A stretch of DNA of 64,000 bases from Candidatus Thorarchaeota archaeon (lineage in GTDB: Archaea; Asgardarchaeota; Thorarchaeia; Thorarchaeales; Thorarchaeaceae), in assembly GCA_016933575.1 (NCBI GenBank), contig JAFGAR010000028.1, positions 32,001-96,000 of the forward strand, read 5' to 3'. The position numbers and the translations under genes were made by a program. This document shows, piece after piece, positions 27,743-37,509 of this stretch; within the stretch, counting starts at the first letter, position 1, and each line of letters opens with the position of its first letter. A model generated the notes under the pieces. That model saw only the letters and a program-made list of their open reading frames with translations. It ran no database searches and was not told the origin of the DNA.

Positions 27743-28924
27743 GTGAGTAGATTGTTGGTGGGATTGATACAGTCAATATTACTACTTCAAGCCACATTTA
27801 GCATATTTGGCATCTTAGGTGCTTTATTCGTATTCTTGCTTCTGATCATAATAATACTTGCTGCATATGCTATTAGAGAGCAAATTCCAGATCCAATAGC
27901 AAAACCACCAGTACAGCAAGCATCAACAAAGAAGTCTATCCATGATGTGCTTGAAGACAGAAGCGTAGAACGAGTGAAACCGATTGATATTGTCGCGAGG
28001 AAACCTAGACCTAGTGATGTTCCATTTGCGAGTATGGCCAGATCAACTTCGACTGCACAACACCCAATTCCTGGAGTTTCGAGTGCATTATCATCAGTCA
28101 AGGAATCAGATAGTAGCCACGAGGGGCAGGTCAAAGCTCTCAGGGGAGGCGAATTCATTGGTTCAAGGATGCGTTACAAGGTTAAGGTTCTGAATGATTC
28201 ACCATTTACGATAACAGATGTAACTATCTACCTCCTTTCCTATCCCCATCAAGCACTTAAGCTGGTGGGTGATGATGACGAATTCTTTGCTAAGATTGAG
28301 CCAGGAGGTTTTAGAAGTCCGTGTTTTGATTTTATGCCAACACAGGACTGTGTGAGAGGAGATATTGTTGCAGGGATATCATTCATGGATTCGAGAGGAC
28401 GAGCGCATACGCTCACAACGAAACCATTCGTAATAAGGTCCGTTTGTGATCTCCTGATTCCAGAGCAGCTATCACCCGAAGATTTCACATTGAAATTAAA
28501 GAAACTTGAACATGGAGAGATTACACTCAAAGTTGAGGAATGGACACCTGAGGAGATGTATGAGAAGGCACTGAAAATAGTAGATGATTCGAATTTCTTC
28601 GAGATTGAAAGTAACATCGAGAATAGTGAAGGAGTCATCTTCGGTAGGATACAAGGTTCTGCCAAAGGAAAGTATACTGGTAAAAGTGTTGGAGTGGAGA
28701 TCACTATTACTGGACCGACTAGGAAGAAAGGAGCATCTTGCAACATCAAGGTCTCAGGAGAAGATGAAGCTATGATACTTCCAGCAATTGATGATCTTAG
28801 AGAGCGACTGAGTGCCTGGCTATGTCCAATGTGTGGTTCGCCTCTCACCTTGGCAAATGTTGAAGACCTCAAGAAAGGAAAGACAATTTGCTGTCCATTC
28901 TGTTCAGTAACAATTGGACGCTAG
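27743..28924 (+). CDS. TM-anchored coat-appendage-like (beta-sandwich plus platform) Zn-ribbon protein, paralog 1
   Basis: N-terminal TM, low-complexity linker, conserved core starting RGGEFIG, ends CPMC...CPFC.VTIGR. Confidence 0.75.
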   Translation: MSRLLVGLIQSILLLQATFSIFGILGALFVFLLLIIIILAAYAIREQIPDPIAKPPVQQASTKKSIHDVLEDRSVERVKPIDIVARKPRPSDVPFASMARSTSTAQHPIPGVSSALSSVKESDSSHEGQVKALRGGEFIGSRMRYKVKVLNDSPFTITDVTIYLLSYPHQALKLVGDDDEFFAKIEPGGFRSPCFDFMPTQDCVRGDIVAGISFMDSRGRAHTLTTKPFVIRSVCDLLIPEQLSPEDFTLKLKKLEHGEITLKVEEWTPEEMYEKALKIVDDSNFFEIESNIENSEGVIFGRIQGSAKGKYTGKSVGVEITITGPTRKKGASCNIKVSGEDEAMILPAIDDLRERLSAWLCPMCGSPLTLANVEDLKKGKTICCPFCSVTIGR

Positions 28925-28998
28925 AATGACAACCTTTTTCCATTCATCAGCCTCAAACCTTATCTTTGTGGCCAGTTAGAAACAAATCATAATCATCA

Positions 28999-30045
28999 GT
29001 GGACGGAGGTAACCATTTGGATTCAATGCTTGCGCTTCAGATTATTTATACTATTGAACAACTAGTAGCTACTGGAGGAATCCTTGTCTTTCTTATTGCA
29101 ATCATTATTTGGGTGGCAATGAGCGCAAGGGATGCAGAAGAAATTGATTTCTTCAAAGATCGAAAAAACATGCAAGCTTCTAAAGCAACTACATTATCCG
29201 AATCATCTGCATCTGATAACGAGAAACCAAGTTCAGATATTAATGTAGTACGAGTACTGAGAGGTGGAGCATTCATTGGAAACAGAATACGCTTCAAGGT
29301 CAAGGTAGCTAACGAATCAGAGTATACAATTACAGACATTATGGTGCACTTGGTTTCCTATCCCAGAGATGCTTTGAGATTCGATGGAGATGATGATGCC
29401 ATTCACTTCTCTAAAATAGAACCGGGCGGATTCAGAAGTCCATCTTTTGAGTTTATACCGACCCAGGATTGTGTCAGGGGGGAAATTGTAGCTGGTGTTA
29501 CATATATTGATACCAGAGGAAAAGCGCACACTCAGACAACAAGACCCTATGAGATACGAGCTGTATGTGACCTTTTAATTCCAGAAGAGATTACGCCTGA
29601 GGATTTCCAACAGACTGTTCAAAGTCTACATAGTGGAGAACTTGTTGTAAGTGTTGATGATTGGACACCACAGGAGATGTATGAGAAAGCACTTGTCATC
29701 TTAGAGCAAGCAAACTTCAGTGGTGTTTCTGCGGGTGTCGACTCAGAGGAAGATGTCGTAACAGCAAAGATTGAAGGTTGGGCACGAGGTAAATATACAG
29801 ACAAAGGTGTTGGAGTTCAACTTCTCATCTCTGGTAGATCTGGTGAAAAGGGAGCATGTTGTACAATTAGAATATTAGGTGAAGACTCAGCACTTGTTCT
29901 TCCAGCTATAGAAGATCTGAGAAACCGTCTAACCACATGGTTATGTCCAAAATGCAGGAGTACGCTACAGGTTGAAAGTGTGAAACAACTCAGAAAGGGA
30001 GGCGTTGTCGAATGTCCCTATTGTGGAGTAACTATTGGGAGATAG
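28999..30045 (+). CDS. TM-anchored appendage-like Zn-ribbon protein, paralog 2
   Basis: Same architecture; CPKC...CPYC. Confidence 0.75.
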   Translation: MDGGNHLDSMLALQIIYTIEQLVATGGILVFLIAIIIWVAMSARDAEEIDFFKDRKNMQASKATTLSESSASDNEKPSSDINVVRVLRGGAFIGNRIRFKVKVANESEYTITDIMVHLVSYPRDALRFDGDDDAIHFSKIEPGGFRSPSFEFIPTQDCVRGEIVAGVTYIDTRGKAHTQTTRPYEIRAVCDLLIPEEITPEDFQQTVQSLHSGELVVSVDDWTPQEMYEKALVILEQANFSGVSAGVDSEEDVVTAKIEGWARGKYTDKGVGVQLLISGRSGEKGACCTIRILGEDSALVLPAIEDLRNRLTTWLCPKCRSTLQVESVKQLRKGGVVECPYCGVTIGR

Positions 30046-30094
30046 TTTGCTAATATTCATAGCATTATTAGGGAGTAATGATTAGCTCTGAGCT

Positions 30095-31009
30095 ATGCAG
30101 GTGATTCTTGATGTATATGTTATTGGTATTCTATTTGCTCTAGCAGCTACCATGTTCTTTGGTATCACAAATATAATCTACAAAAAAATGAGTGATGACA
30201 TAAGCGTCATGGACATTACTTTTTCCCGTATCTGGGTCAGTCTACCGCTTGCATACATATTTGCTATAGCATCATCAGACTCGTTACAAATCGCGATTCC
30301 GTCGGAATCGATGTTCCCTCTGGCAATCTCAATGATACTTGGGATCTTACTTGGCGATACTATGTATTTCCTAAGCCAAGAGAGAATTGGTGTTAGTCGA
30401 GCTTTCCCAATTTCTATGAGTTATCCGTTGCTGGTATATTTGATAACCGCTTACTTCCTTGAAGAACCTGTAATCATCCAGAGGGTACTCGGGGCCATCA
30501 TTGTTGTCATGGGAGTGGGATTAATTGCTAGAGCGGAGTATAAAGAAAGAAGTGAAGATATCGGCAAATGGAGTCCCAAAGATAGAACGATTGGATTTGC
30601 TTTAGCATTCTTTACAATGGTTGCTTGGGCGCTCAGTGATTCCATCTTTCAATTTGGTTTGATAAATGTAGATCCAGCAGATGCTAATTTCTACCGTATA
30701 CTTGTAGCTTCAATAATCTTAGTACCTTTCTTCTTCCTATCATTCAAGGGGAAAAGACATCTACCAAATAGAAGGATTATTGCATTTGCTCTGATGACAG
30801 GACTTGTGGGAATAGGTCTTAGCTTAATTGCATATAGCTACGCTGTGAAATACATTGGAGCAACTATTACAGCTGTCATGATTGCATCAGCTCCTGTTCT
30901 AACTGCACCATTATCAGCTCTTTATTTAGGTGAAGATGTGAACAAGATTGTAGCTTTTGGAACAATACTGACTATACTAGGTGTGATTCTAGTCATCGCC
31001 ATCATATAG
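30095..31009 (+). CDS. DMT/EamA family transporter
   Basis: About 10 TM in two repeats; IGVSRA.PI, FLEE/YLGE motifs. Confidence 0.9.
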   Translation: MQVILDVYVIGILFALAATMFFGITNIIYKKMSDDISVMDITFSRIWVSLPLAYIFAIASSDSLQIAIPSESMFPLAISMILGILLGDTMYFLSQERIGVSRAFPISMSYPLLVYLITAYFLEEPVIIQRVLGAIIVVMGVGLIARAEYKERSEDIGKWSPKDRTIGFALAFFTMVAWALSDSIFQFGLINVDPADANFYRILVASIILVPFFFLSFKGKRHLPNRRIIAFALMTGLVGIGLSLIAYSYAVKYIGATITAVMIASAPVLTAPLSALYLGEDVNKIVAFGTILTILGVILVIAII

Positions 31010-31075
31010 AAATCAGGAAAACTCTATATCCCCTCCAGTCAACGGGGATGTGTGAAAGATTGACCAGTTGGTAGG

Positions 31076-32167
31076 ATGTTTCTTATGCTACAAGTTGATA
31101 TTTGGACTCTACCTGTCACTATTATCGCAATAATGTTGATCTGCGTCTGTTGTGGGATTGCAGTCAGTAAAGGGAGCCCAAAAGCTAAATTAGATGATGC
31201 ACGAACTCTCCCATATTATCTTCGAGAGCAGATGGAAAAGACTGCACCAATGAAGGAGCAGGCAGCATATTACACCCCTGCAACAATGAAACGTGAAAAA
31301 AGAGTTATTCCTGGAGTATCAAGATCGATTTCATCCGTTCCACCACATGAAAGAAGAGAAACGCGCAATGTGAAAGCACTACGAGGGGGCGAGTTCATTG
31401 GCAATCGAATGCGTTTCAAGGTCAAGGTCCTGAATGAGACTCTCTATACAATAACAGATGTGAGAGTCTTTCTCATATCTTACCCATCCAAAGCCCTTAA
31501 GATTGACAGTGAGGATGATGACGTCTTCTTTCCCAAGATCGAACCAAATGGATTCAGGAGCCCCGCTTTTGATTTCTTACCAACCCAAGATTGTGTGAAA
31601 GGTGAGATTATAGCAGGAGTATCCTATATCGATGAGAGGGGTATTGCTCACACCCTGACGACTAAACCATTCATCATTCGTTCTGTCTGCGACCTTCTCA
31701 TCCCAGACAAGATTTCTCCGGATGAATTCGAACTCAAACTAAAAAAACATGAATGTGGTGAGATTGTAGTAAAGGTTCAAGAATGGACTGCAGCAGAGAT
31801 GTTCGAAAAATCTCTTAGAATCATTGAAGATGCCAATTTCTATGAAGTTGAGAGTAATAGTGACGACCATGATGGAATATTTAGTGCTACAATATCAGGA
31901 CAGGCGAAGGGGAAGTATACTGGAAAGAGTATTGGAGTAAAGATTCTCATGTCAGGTCCAGTCAATCAGAAAGGAGCAAGCTGCACAATTCAAGTCACCG
32001 GCGAGGATCAAGCTATGATTCTTCCAGCAATTGATGATTTAAGGGAGCGCCTCAATGCTTGGCTATGTCCAATGTGTGGTTCGCCCTTAACAAAAGATAA
32101 TGTTGAGGATTTGAAGGCGGGTAGGGTTATTGTTTGTCCGTTCTGTAATGTTTCGATAGGAAGATGA
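31076..32167 (+). CDS. TM-anchored appendage-like Zn-ribbon protein, paralog 3
   Basis: Same architecture. Confidence 0.75.
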   Translation: MFLMLQVDIWTLPVTIIAIMLICVCCGIAVSKGSPKAKLDDARTLPYYLREQMEKTAPMKEQAAYYTPATMKREKRVIPGVSRSISSVPPHERRETRNVKALRGGEFIGNRMRFKVKVLNETLYTITDVRVFLISYPSKALKIDSEDDDVFFPKIEPNGFRSPAFDFLPTQDCVKGEIIAGVSYIDERGIAHTLTTKPFIIRSVCDLLIPDKISPDEFELKLKKHECGEIVVKVQEWTAAEMFEKSLRIIEDANFYEVESNSDDHDGIFSATISGQAKGKYTGKSIGVKILMSGPVNQKGASCTIQVTGEDQAMILPAIDDLRERLNAWLCPMCGSPLTKDNVEDLKAGRVIVCPFCNVSIGR

Positions 32168-32198
32168 CAGTGTACCTCAGAGAAGCCGAAAGAAGTGA

Positions 32199-33290
32199 AT
32201 GATATTGGCTTATGATTCATCAGTAATTGATATTGTCATTGGGGGAGTAGCATGCATTATCTACATTTTCTACTATTTATGTAAAGAGGCAGATAGTGAC
32301 ATAAAAAGTCTAGAAGAGGTAGAAAGAGGGAGAAGAGAGAGACTGTCATATCAAGAACGAATTGTAGGAAGAGATGGATTACCAGTAGGTTACGCAAAAG
32401 GAATACCTCAAGCATCTTCGAAGAAACCAATTCCTGGACTAGCTCAGGCAATCTCAGAAGTAAGTAGAGAGCCTGCAAAACGAGAGGAGGTAGTAAAAGC
32501 ACTCAGAGGTGGAGAGTTCATCGGGAATAGAATGAGATTCAAAGTCAAAGTGTTGAATGATTCGCCATACGTAATATCTGATGTTACTGTCTATCTCATA
32601 TCATATCCAAAAGATGCATTGCGATTAGCTAACGGGAAGAAGGATATCCAATTTTCCAAAATAGAACCAAATGGATTCAGAAGTCCATCATTCGATTTCT
32701 TGCCTACTCAAGACTGCGTAATGGGAGAAATAATTGCTGGTGTATCATATATCGATATGACAGGGAAGCCTCATACCCTCACTACAAAGCCATTTATCAT
32801 ACGATCTGTATGTGACCTACTAATTCCCGAAAAGATTGGATCTAAAGAATTCGAGATAAAACTACAACAGCTTAACTGTGGTGAGGTGATAGTAAAAGTC
32901 GACGAGTGGTCACCAGAAGAGATGTTTGAAAAAGCTCTACGAATTGTTAATGATGCTAATTTCTTCGAAGTCAGTAGTCAATTGGAAGTTGTTGATAACT
33001 TTGTACATGCAAAAATAACAGGACTTGCAAAAGGCAAATACACAGGAAAGAATATTGCAGTGGTGCTTCTTATATCAGGTCGATCGGAACAGAAAGGAGC
33101 AAGCTGTACAATAAGGGTGTCAGGAGAAGACCATGCAATGATTCTCCCTGCTATTGACGATCTTAGAGAAAGATTGAGTGCCTGGTTATGTCCAATGTGT
33201 TCGAGTCCTCTCACTCTAGCTAACGTTGAGAACCTCAAAGATGGGAAAGCAGTTCAATGTCCATTCTGTGGGATTACAATTGGGCGTTGA
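32199..33290 (+). CDS. TM-anchored appendage-like Zn-ribbon protein, paralog 4
   Basis: Same architecture. Confidence 0.75.
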   Translation: MILAYDSSVIDIVIGGVACIIYIFYYLCKEADSDIKSLEEVERGRRERLSYQERIVGRDGLPVGYAKGIPQASSKKPIPGLAQAISEVSREPAKREEVVKALRGGEFIGNRMRFKVKVLNDSPYVISDVTVYLISYPKDALRLANGKKDIQFSKIEPNGFRSPSFDFLPTQDCVMGEIIAGVSYIDMTGKPHTLTTKPFIIRSVCDLLIPEKIGSKEFEIKLQQLNCGEVIVKVDEWSPEEMFEKALRIVNDANFFEVSSQLEVVDNFVHAKITGLAKGKYTGKNIAVVLLISGRSEQKGASCTIRVSGEDHAMILPAIDDLRERLSAWLCPMCSSPLTLANVENLKDGKAVQCPFCGITIGR

Positions 33291-33382
33291 AGTGTTCCTG
33301 TACAATCTATTAATATGTATTCACGAGCACACACAAGCAGAATACCCATCTGGAGGGAACTGAATTTAACAAGGGCAATGAT

Positions 33383-36217
33383 ATGTTGAAAACAATATCA
33401 AGAATGAGAGTTTTTCCTGATGAAGTAAGATTCAATTCATCTTGGAGACCGTACCAAGCTCGGGTCTTGAGAGAACTTGAAGATTACCTCGATGATAATC
33501 GGCTTCATGTGGTAGCTGCTCCAGGGTCTGGGAAGACAGTATTGGGGATTGAAGTTGTCAGGCGATTAAACGGACCAACACTTGTTCTTGCACCAACTCT
33601 GGCTATTCGTGACCAGTGGATTCATCGATTTATCGAGCTATTCCTTCCAAAAGGTAGTAAACGTCCTGATTGGATTTCATCGGATCTAACAGAACCAAGT
33701 TTTTTCACCGTATCAACATATCAATCACTCCACGCAATAATGTCTAGAAAGAAAGGTGGAGTGGTGGAAACAGAGGAAGATGAAGAACTTCAGGATGAAG
33801 AACCCGAAGAGAAAGAAGAGCTTGAAATCGAAGATCGCTACGTACTGTCTTGGTTAGACCAATCCAAGAAAAAGAAAGGAAAGAACAAGAATACGTTAGA
33901 TGAGGAATTAGTAGGAAATTCTGCATCATTTATCGAACAATTAAACTCTCTAGGATTCAAAATTCTTGTTCTCGACGAAGCACATCATCTACGCTCGAAT
34001 TGGTGGAAGAGCCTAAATCAGCTGATTGAAAGATTCGAAGATTTGACTATCCTCTCGTTAACAGCAACACCGCCATTTGATGTCGCAGATTTCGAATGGG
34101 AGAGATATATAGAATTGTGTGGACCAGTGGATGCTCAGATTCCAGTTCCGGAGCTTGTAATAGAAGGAAATCTCTGCCCACATCAGGATTTGATGGTCTT
34201 CTCAACACCTTCCGATGCAGAGGAAAAAGAGATCTCACTGTTCAGGAAAGAGGTGTCTGATTTCATAGATTGGTTAAAACGCAATTCGAAATTCATTGAC
34301 CACATACAGTCACAATCGTGGATTATCGCACCAGAGAAGCATATTGAAGAGATCTTGGCAGAACCAGATTATTATTCTAGTATGTTGATTTTTCTAAGAG
34401 AATCGGGTGTGAAAATTCCCAGAGACGCAATTAGAATAGTTTCAGACAAGAGATCGAATCTTCCCAGTCTCTCGTTGGAATGGCTTGAAATATTACTCAC
34501 CAGAGTACTATATCCTCCAGGCGTTGATAGACCCAAGCATCCTGATTTTCTCGTTGAAGTTCAAGATGAATTGAAACGAATAGGAGCAATAGAACTACGA
34601 CGAGTTCAACTTAGAAATATCAAGGCAATTGAGAAAATACTGAAGCGAAGTATTTCGAAACTACAGAACATTGTTGAAATTGCAGAACTAGAAGATGAAT
34701 CGCTTCACGATGACCTTAGAATGGTTGTCCTCACGGATTACATTAGAAGCGAATCTATGCCCCGTGATGGCTCGAACAAGACACCTCTAAATAAGATTGG
34801 CGTAGTGCCGATATTCGAGGCTATCAGAAGGTCTAGTATTAATTCTAAACTTGGAATCCTCTGTGGCACGCTTGTAGTCATTCCTAGTAAATCGAGAGAA
34901 CTTCTTCTTGATTGTACACGGCGTCTAGGGATACAGAACGAGGAGGTTAGACTTGAGGTTTTGCCGCATGATGATTCATTTCTCTCTGTACAAGTTCCTG
35001 ATGATGAAAAACACAAGTTGGTAAGGTCGATTACAGACCTATTCATAGTTGGCGGCATAAACATCCTTGTAGGGACCAAGTCACTCTTAGGTGAGGGTTG
35101 GGACGCCCCATCAATCAATGCGCTCGTGATTGCCAGTTTTGTCGGATCTTATATGCTATCTAACCAAATGAGAGGCAGAGCTATCAGGAGTGAGCGAGGT
35201 AATCCAGGCAAGACTGCTAATATCTGGCATCTTGTATGTGTTGAACCAGATAGTTATGATGGCGGCGAGGACTACCTTACTATGGTAAGGAGATTCAAAG
35301 CCTTTGTAGGAGTCTCATATTTTGAACCAGTCATTGAAAATGGACTTGGAAGGTTAATCTATGAAAAACCACCGCTCAAAAAGGGGACTCTATCCAATCT
35401 GAATGAACGAATGGTTAAGAGTGCTAAGAATCGACTTAAGATGAGCTCTGACTGGGATAAAGCTCTTCGAAGAGGAGAAGATGGAATAAGACTGGTAGAA
35501 GACATTCAGACCAAGAGGGTCTCTCTACCCAGAGGATTCGTATTCTGGAATACAATTGCTTACCTATTCTGGGAAGCAACATTTCTATTCATGTTTATGC
35601 TACTTTATAATTTTGATGCATGGATTAGAATAGCGGCTGCCTCCGAATCAACTATCGCATTTTTGTGGACAGGATTGTTTTCGCTTTGTCTCTGCTTAGT
35701 AGTAACAACACCATTATTTCTCAAAGCGCTTTGGTTGACAATCAGACATGGACCAATTGCATCAAGTATGAAAGCAATTAGCACAGCGCTCCTGAAGACA
35801 CTCTGCAAAATGGGTGAGATCAGGACAGATTTCATTAACATGCGAGTTGTCGCAGATAAGGGAGATATGGGAGAGGTATTCTGTCACCTTGAGGGAGGCA
35901 AGCCTAGAGAGAAGGCAGTCTTTCTCAGGTCGCTTCAGGAAATCCTGGATCCAATAGAAAATCCCAGATACATTCTCGTGCGAAAGTCGAATCTACTAAT
36001 TATCCCGAGAAAAGACTATCACACAGTACCCTCAGTGATAGCAGCAAAGAAAGGGAATGCAGAGTATTTCGCTGAGATGTGGTCAAGATATGTAGGGAAA
36101 ATGAACCTAGTATATACTCGGAATAGAGAGGGAAGAATCGAACTACTCAAGGCGAGAAATAAATCACTCTCTGCGGCGTTTAGACCTAAGTCAGAGAGAA
36201 TTACAAGGTGGAAATGA
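33383..36217 (+). CDS. SF2 DEAH-box helicase-like ATPase with two C-terminal TM helices
   Basis: WRPYQ, APGSGKT, DEAHH, LTATP, GEGWD, QMRGRAIR; hydrophobic hairpin in the C-terminal third. Confidence 0.85.
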   Translation: MLKTISRMRVFPDEVRFNSSWRPYQARVLRELEDYLDDNRLHVVAAPGSGKTVLGIEVVRRLNGPTLVLAPTLAIRDQWIHRFIELFLPKGSKRPDWISSDLTEPSFFTVSTYQSLHAIMSRKKGGVVETEEDEELQDEEPEEKEELEIEDRYVLSWLDQSKKKKGKNKNTLDEELVGNSASFIEQLNSLGFKILVLDEAHHLRSNWWKSLNQLIERFEDLTILSLTATPPFDVADFEWERYIELCGPVDAQIPVPELVIEGNLCPHQDLMVFSTPSDAEEKEISLFRKEVSDFIDWLKRNSKFIDHIQSQSWIIAPEKHIEEILAEPDYYSSMLIFLRESGVKIPRDAIRIVSDKRSNLPSLSLEWLEILLTRVLYPPGVDRPKHPDFLVEVQDELKRIGAIELRRVQLRNIKAIEKILKRSISKLQNIVEIAELEDESLHDDLRMVVLTDYIRSESMPRDGSNKTPLNKIGVVPIFEAIRRSSINSKLGILCGTLVVIPSKSRELLLDCTRRLGIQNEEVRLEVLPHDDSFLSVQVPDDEKHKLVRSITDLFIVGGINILVGTKSLLGEGWDAPSINALVIASFVGSYMLSNQMRGRAIRSERGNPGKTANIWHLVCVEPDSYDGGEDYLTMVRRFKAFVGVSYFEPVIENGLGRLIYEKPPLKKGTLSNLNERMVKSAKNRLKMSSDWDKALRRGEDGIRLVEDIQTKRVSLPRGFVFWNTIAYLFWEATFLFMFMLLYNFDAWIRIAAASESTIAFLWTGLFSLCLCLVVTTPLFLKALWLTIRHGPIASSMKAISTALLKTLCKMGEIRTDFINMRVVADKGDMGEVFCHLEGGKPREKAVFLRSLQEILDPIENPRYILVRKSNLLIIPRKDYHTVPSVIAAKKGNAEYFAEMWSRYVGKMNLVYTRNREGRIELLKARNKSLSAAFRPKSERITRWK

Positions 36218-36264
36218 TCCAATAAAATGTAAGACAAGGGTTGTTCCACCTCTCATTTTAGAGG

Positions 36265-36290
36265 ATGAAGCTCGTATCATCGAGCTTCAT
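36265..36290. terminator. Perfect inverted repeat between convergent genes
   Basis: ATGAAGCTCG-TATCAT-CGAGCTTCAT. Confidence 0.65.
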
Positions 36291-36301
36291 TTCAAAATGA
36301 C

Positions 36302-36985
36302 TTACCCACGTATCATACCTGGTGATGGAGGGCCAAATCGAATTCTAGCCATCTGTTTTGTCTTATCTTTTTCACTTGCTAGACGTCTCTTCTCTCGTTC
36401 GTATTCTGTTGCACATGTAGACTCAAGCTGGAATTTTGTCTGACCAAAAGTGATTGCATCTTTACTGATGGACTCCATCAGATAGGCTGGGACAATAAGA
36501 TCGCAATCAGGCTGGGCACGTATCTTTTCCAACAATTCCTCGAAGAAACCGCCTCCAATTAAGAACCACATTGTACTCTCAGTATCAAACCAGAGATCAA
36601 TAATATTTCCAACCTTAAACCCATCAGAATCTACGAGGTCTATCTTCCCAAGTTTAGAGAATTTTATGTTTGTTTCGCCTAAGACTCCAGGGTCAATCGT
36701 TTTCAGAAGTGAAGATTTCTTGACTTTAAGATAGACTTTGTCTGAAATGCTATCAATGTCTGAAATAGCACACACTGGATCAATGTCAGCTCGTGCATGA
36801 ATCGACTCCAGTAGTTCTTCAACAATTCCACCGCCTAAGACAAAATAATTCAATTCAATCTTATCGTGTGATATGTCAAAGATGGCATCAATGATTTCAC
36901 CAACTTTTTCCCCATTATTATCAACGACATCTTTGTTTCTAATTTCGCTGTATTTCATATTACAACATTGAATCATAATAACCAC
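36302..36985 (-). CDS. Tandem PRC-barrel domain protein
   Basis: Two copies of S....K.VVD..G.KVG.IID..FD; true start probably MKYSEI. Confidence 0.85.
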   Translation of the reverse strand: MVIMIQCCNMKYSEIRNKDVVDNNGEKVGEIIDAIFDISHDKIELNYFVLGGGIVEELLESIHARADIDPVCAISDIDSISDKVYLKVKKSSLLKTIDPGVLGETNIKFSKLGKIDLVDSDGFKVGNIIDLWFDTESTMWFLIGGGFFEELLEKIRAQPDCDLIVPAYLMESISKDAITFGQTKFQLESTCATEYEREKRRLASEKDKTKQMARIRFGPPSPGMIRG

Positions 36986-37070
36986 ATTCTTGGTTCACAA
37001 TAGTTAATATATAAGCTTTCTTGTGAATGATTTGCAATACATCATAGTAGCCGTACATAAATCTAACTAG

Positions 37071-37105
37071 AAGAAGAAAGAGGAGATTGAGCCCCCAAGG
37101 GGCTC
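37071..37105 (-). terminator. Hairpin plus pyrimidine tract after 37124-37426
   Basis: GAGCCCC-NNN-GGGGCTC stem followed on the minus strand by CTCCTCTTTCTTCTT. Confidence 0.65.
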
Positions 37106-37123
37106 TATCGACGTTGGTACTAA

Positions 37124-37426
37124 TTAATAGACTTCACGAGGACTTTCTCTGAGACGATCAGGTAGTTGACCACCTTCGCCCAAGACCTCAAGCTCATGAT
37201 CGCGACCATATCGGCCACCATCGTTGCACAAGAATCCGGACTTGGTGATTCCACGTGCCTGACGCTCAGCAGCACGTCTAGCTATCATACCCATTCCAGA
37301 TGGGACTGTCATCACGAGCTTCTTCTGACTCTCATCAATTGCTAGAAGAATAGCATCATCTGCAGCATTTCGTGTAGTCTCAAAGAATTGAGATGTTGTT
37401 TGATTAAACTCGAGGTAGATTGGCAT
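37124..37426 (-). CDS. 100-aa protein, possible single gelsolin-like domain
   Basis: GGAGG RBS; ILLAIDE..KKLVMTVP.G...ARRAAERQARGI...ELEVLGEG pattern. Confidence 0.5.
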   Translation of the reverse strand: MPIYLEFNQTTSQFFETTRNAADDAILLAIDESQKKLVMTVPSGMGMIARRAAERQARGITKSGFLCNDGGRYGRDHELEVLGEGGQLPDRLRESPREVY

Positions 37427-37509
37427 TTGGAACCTAGTCCTCCAATGTCTAGTTTAGCATAGTTCTTTGTTTGGTGCATATTAATAAATCTCGGGCGAGT
37501 TCCTAGCCT

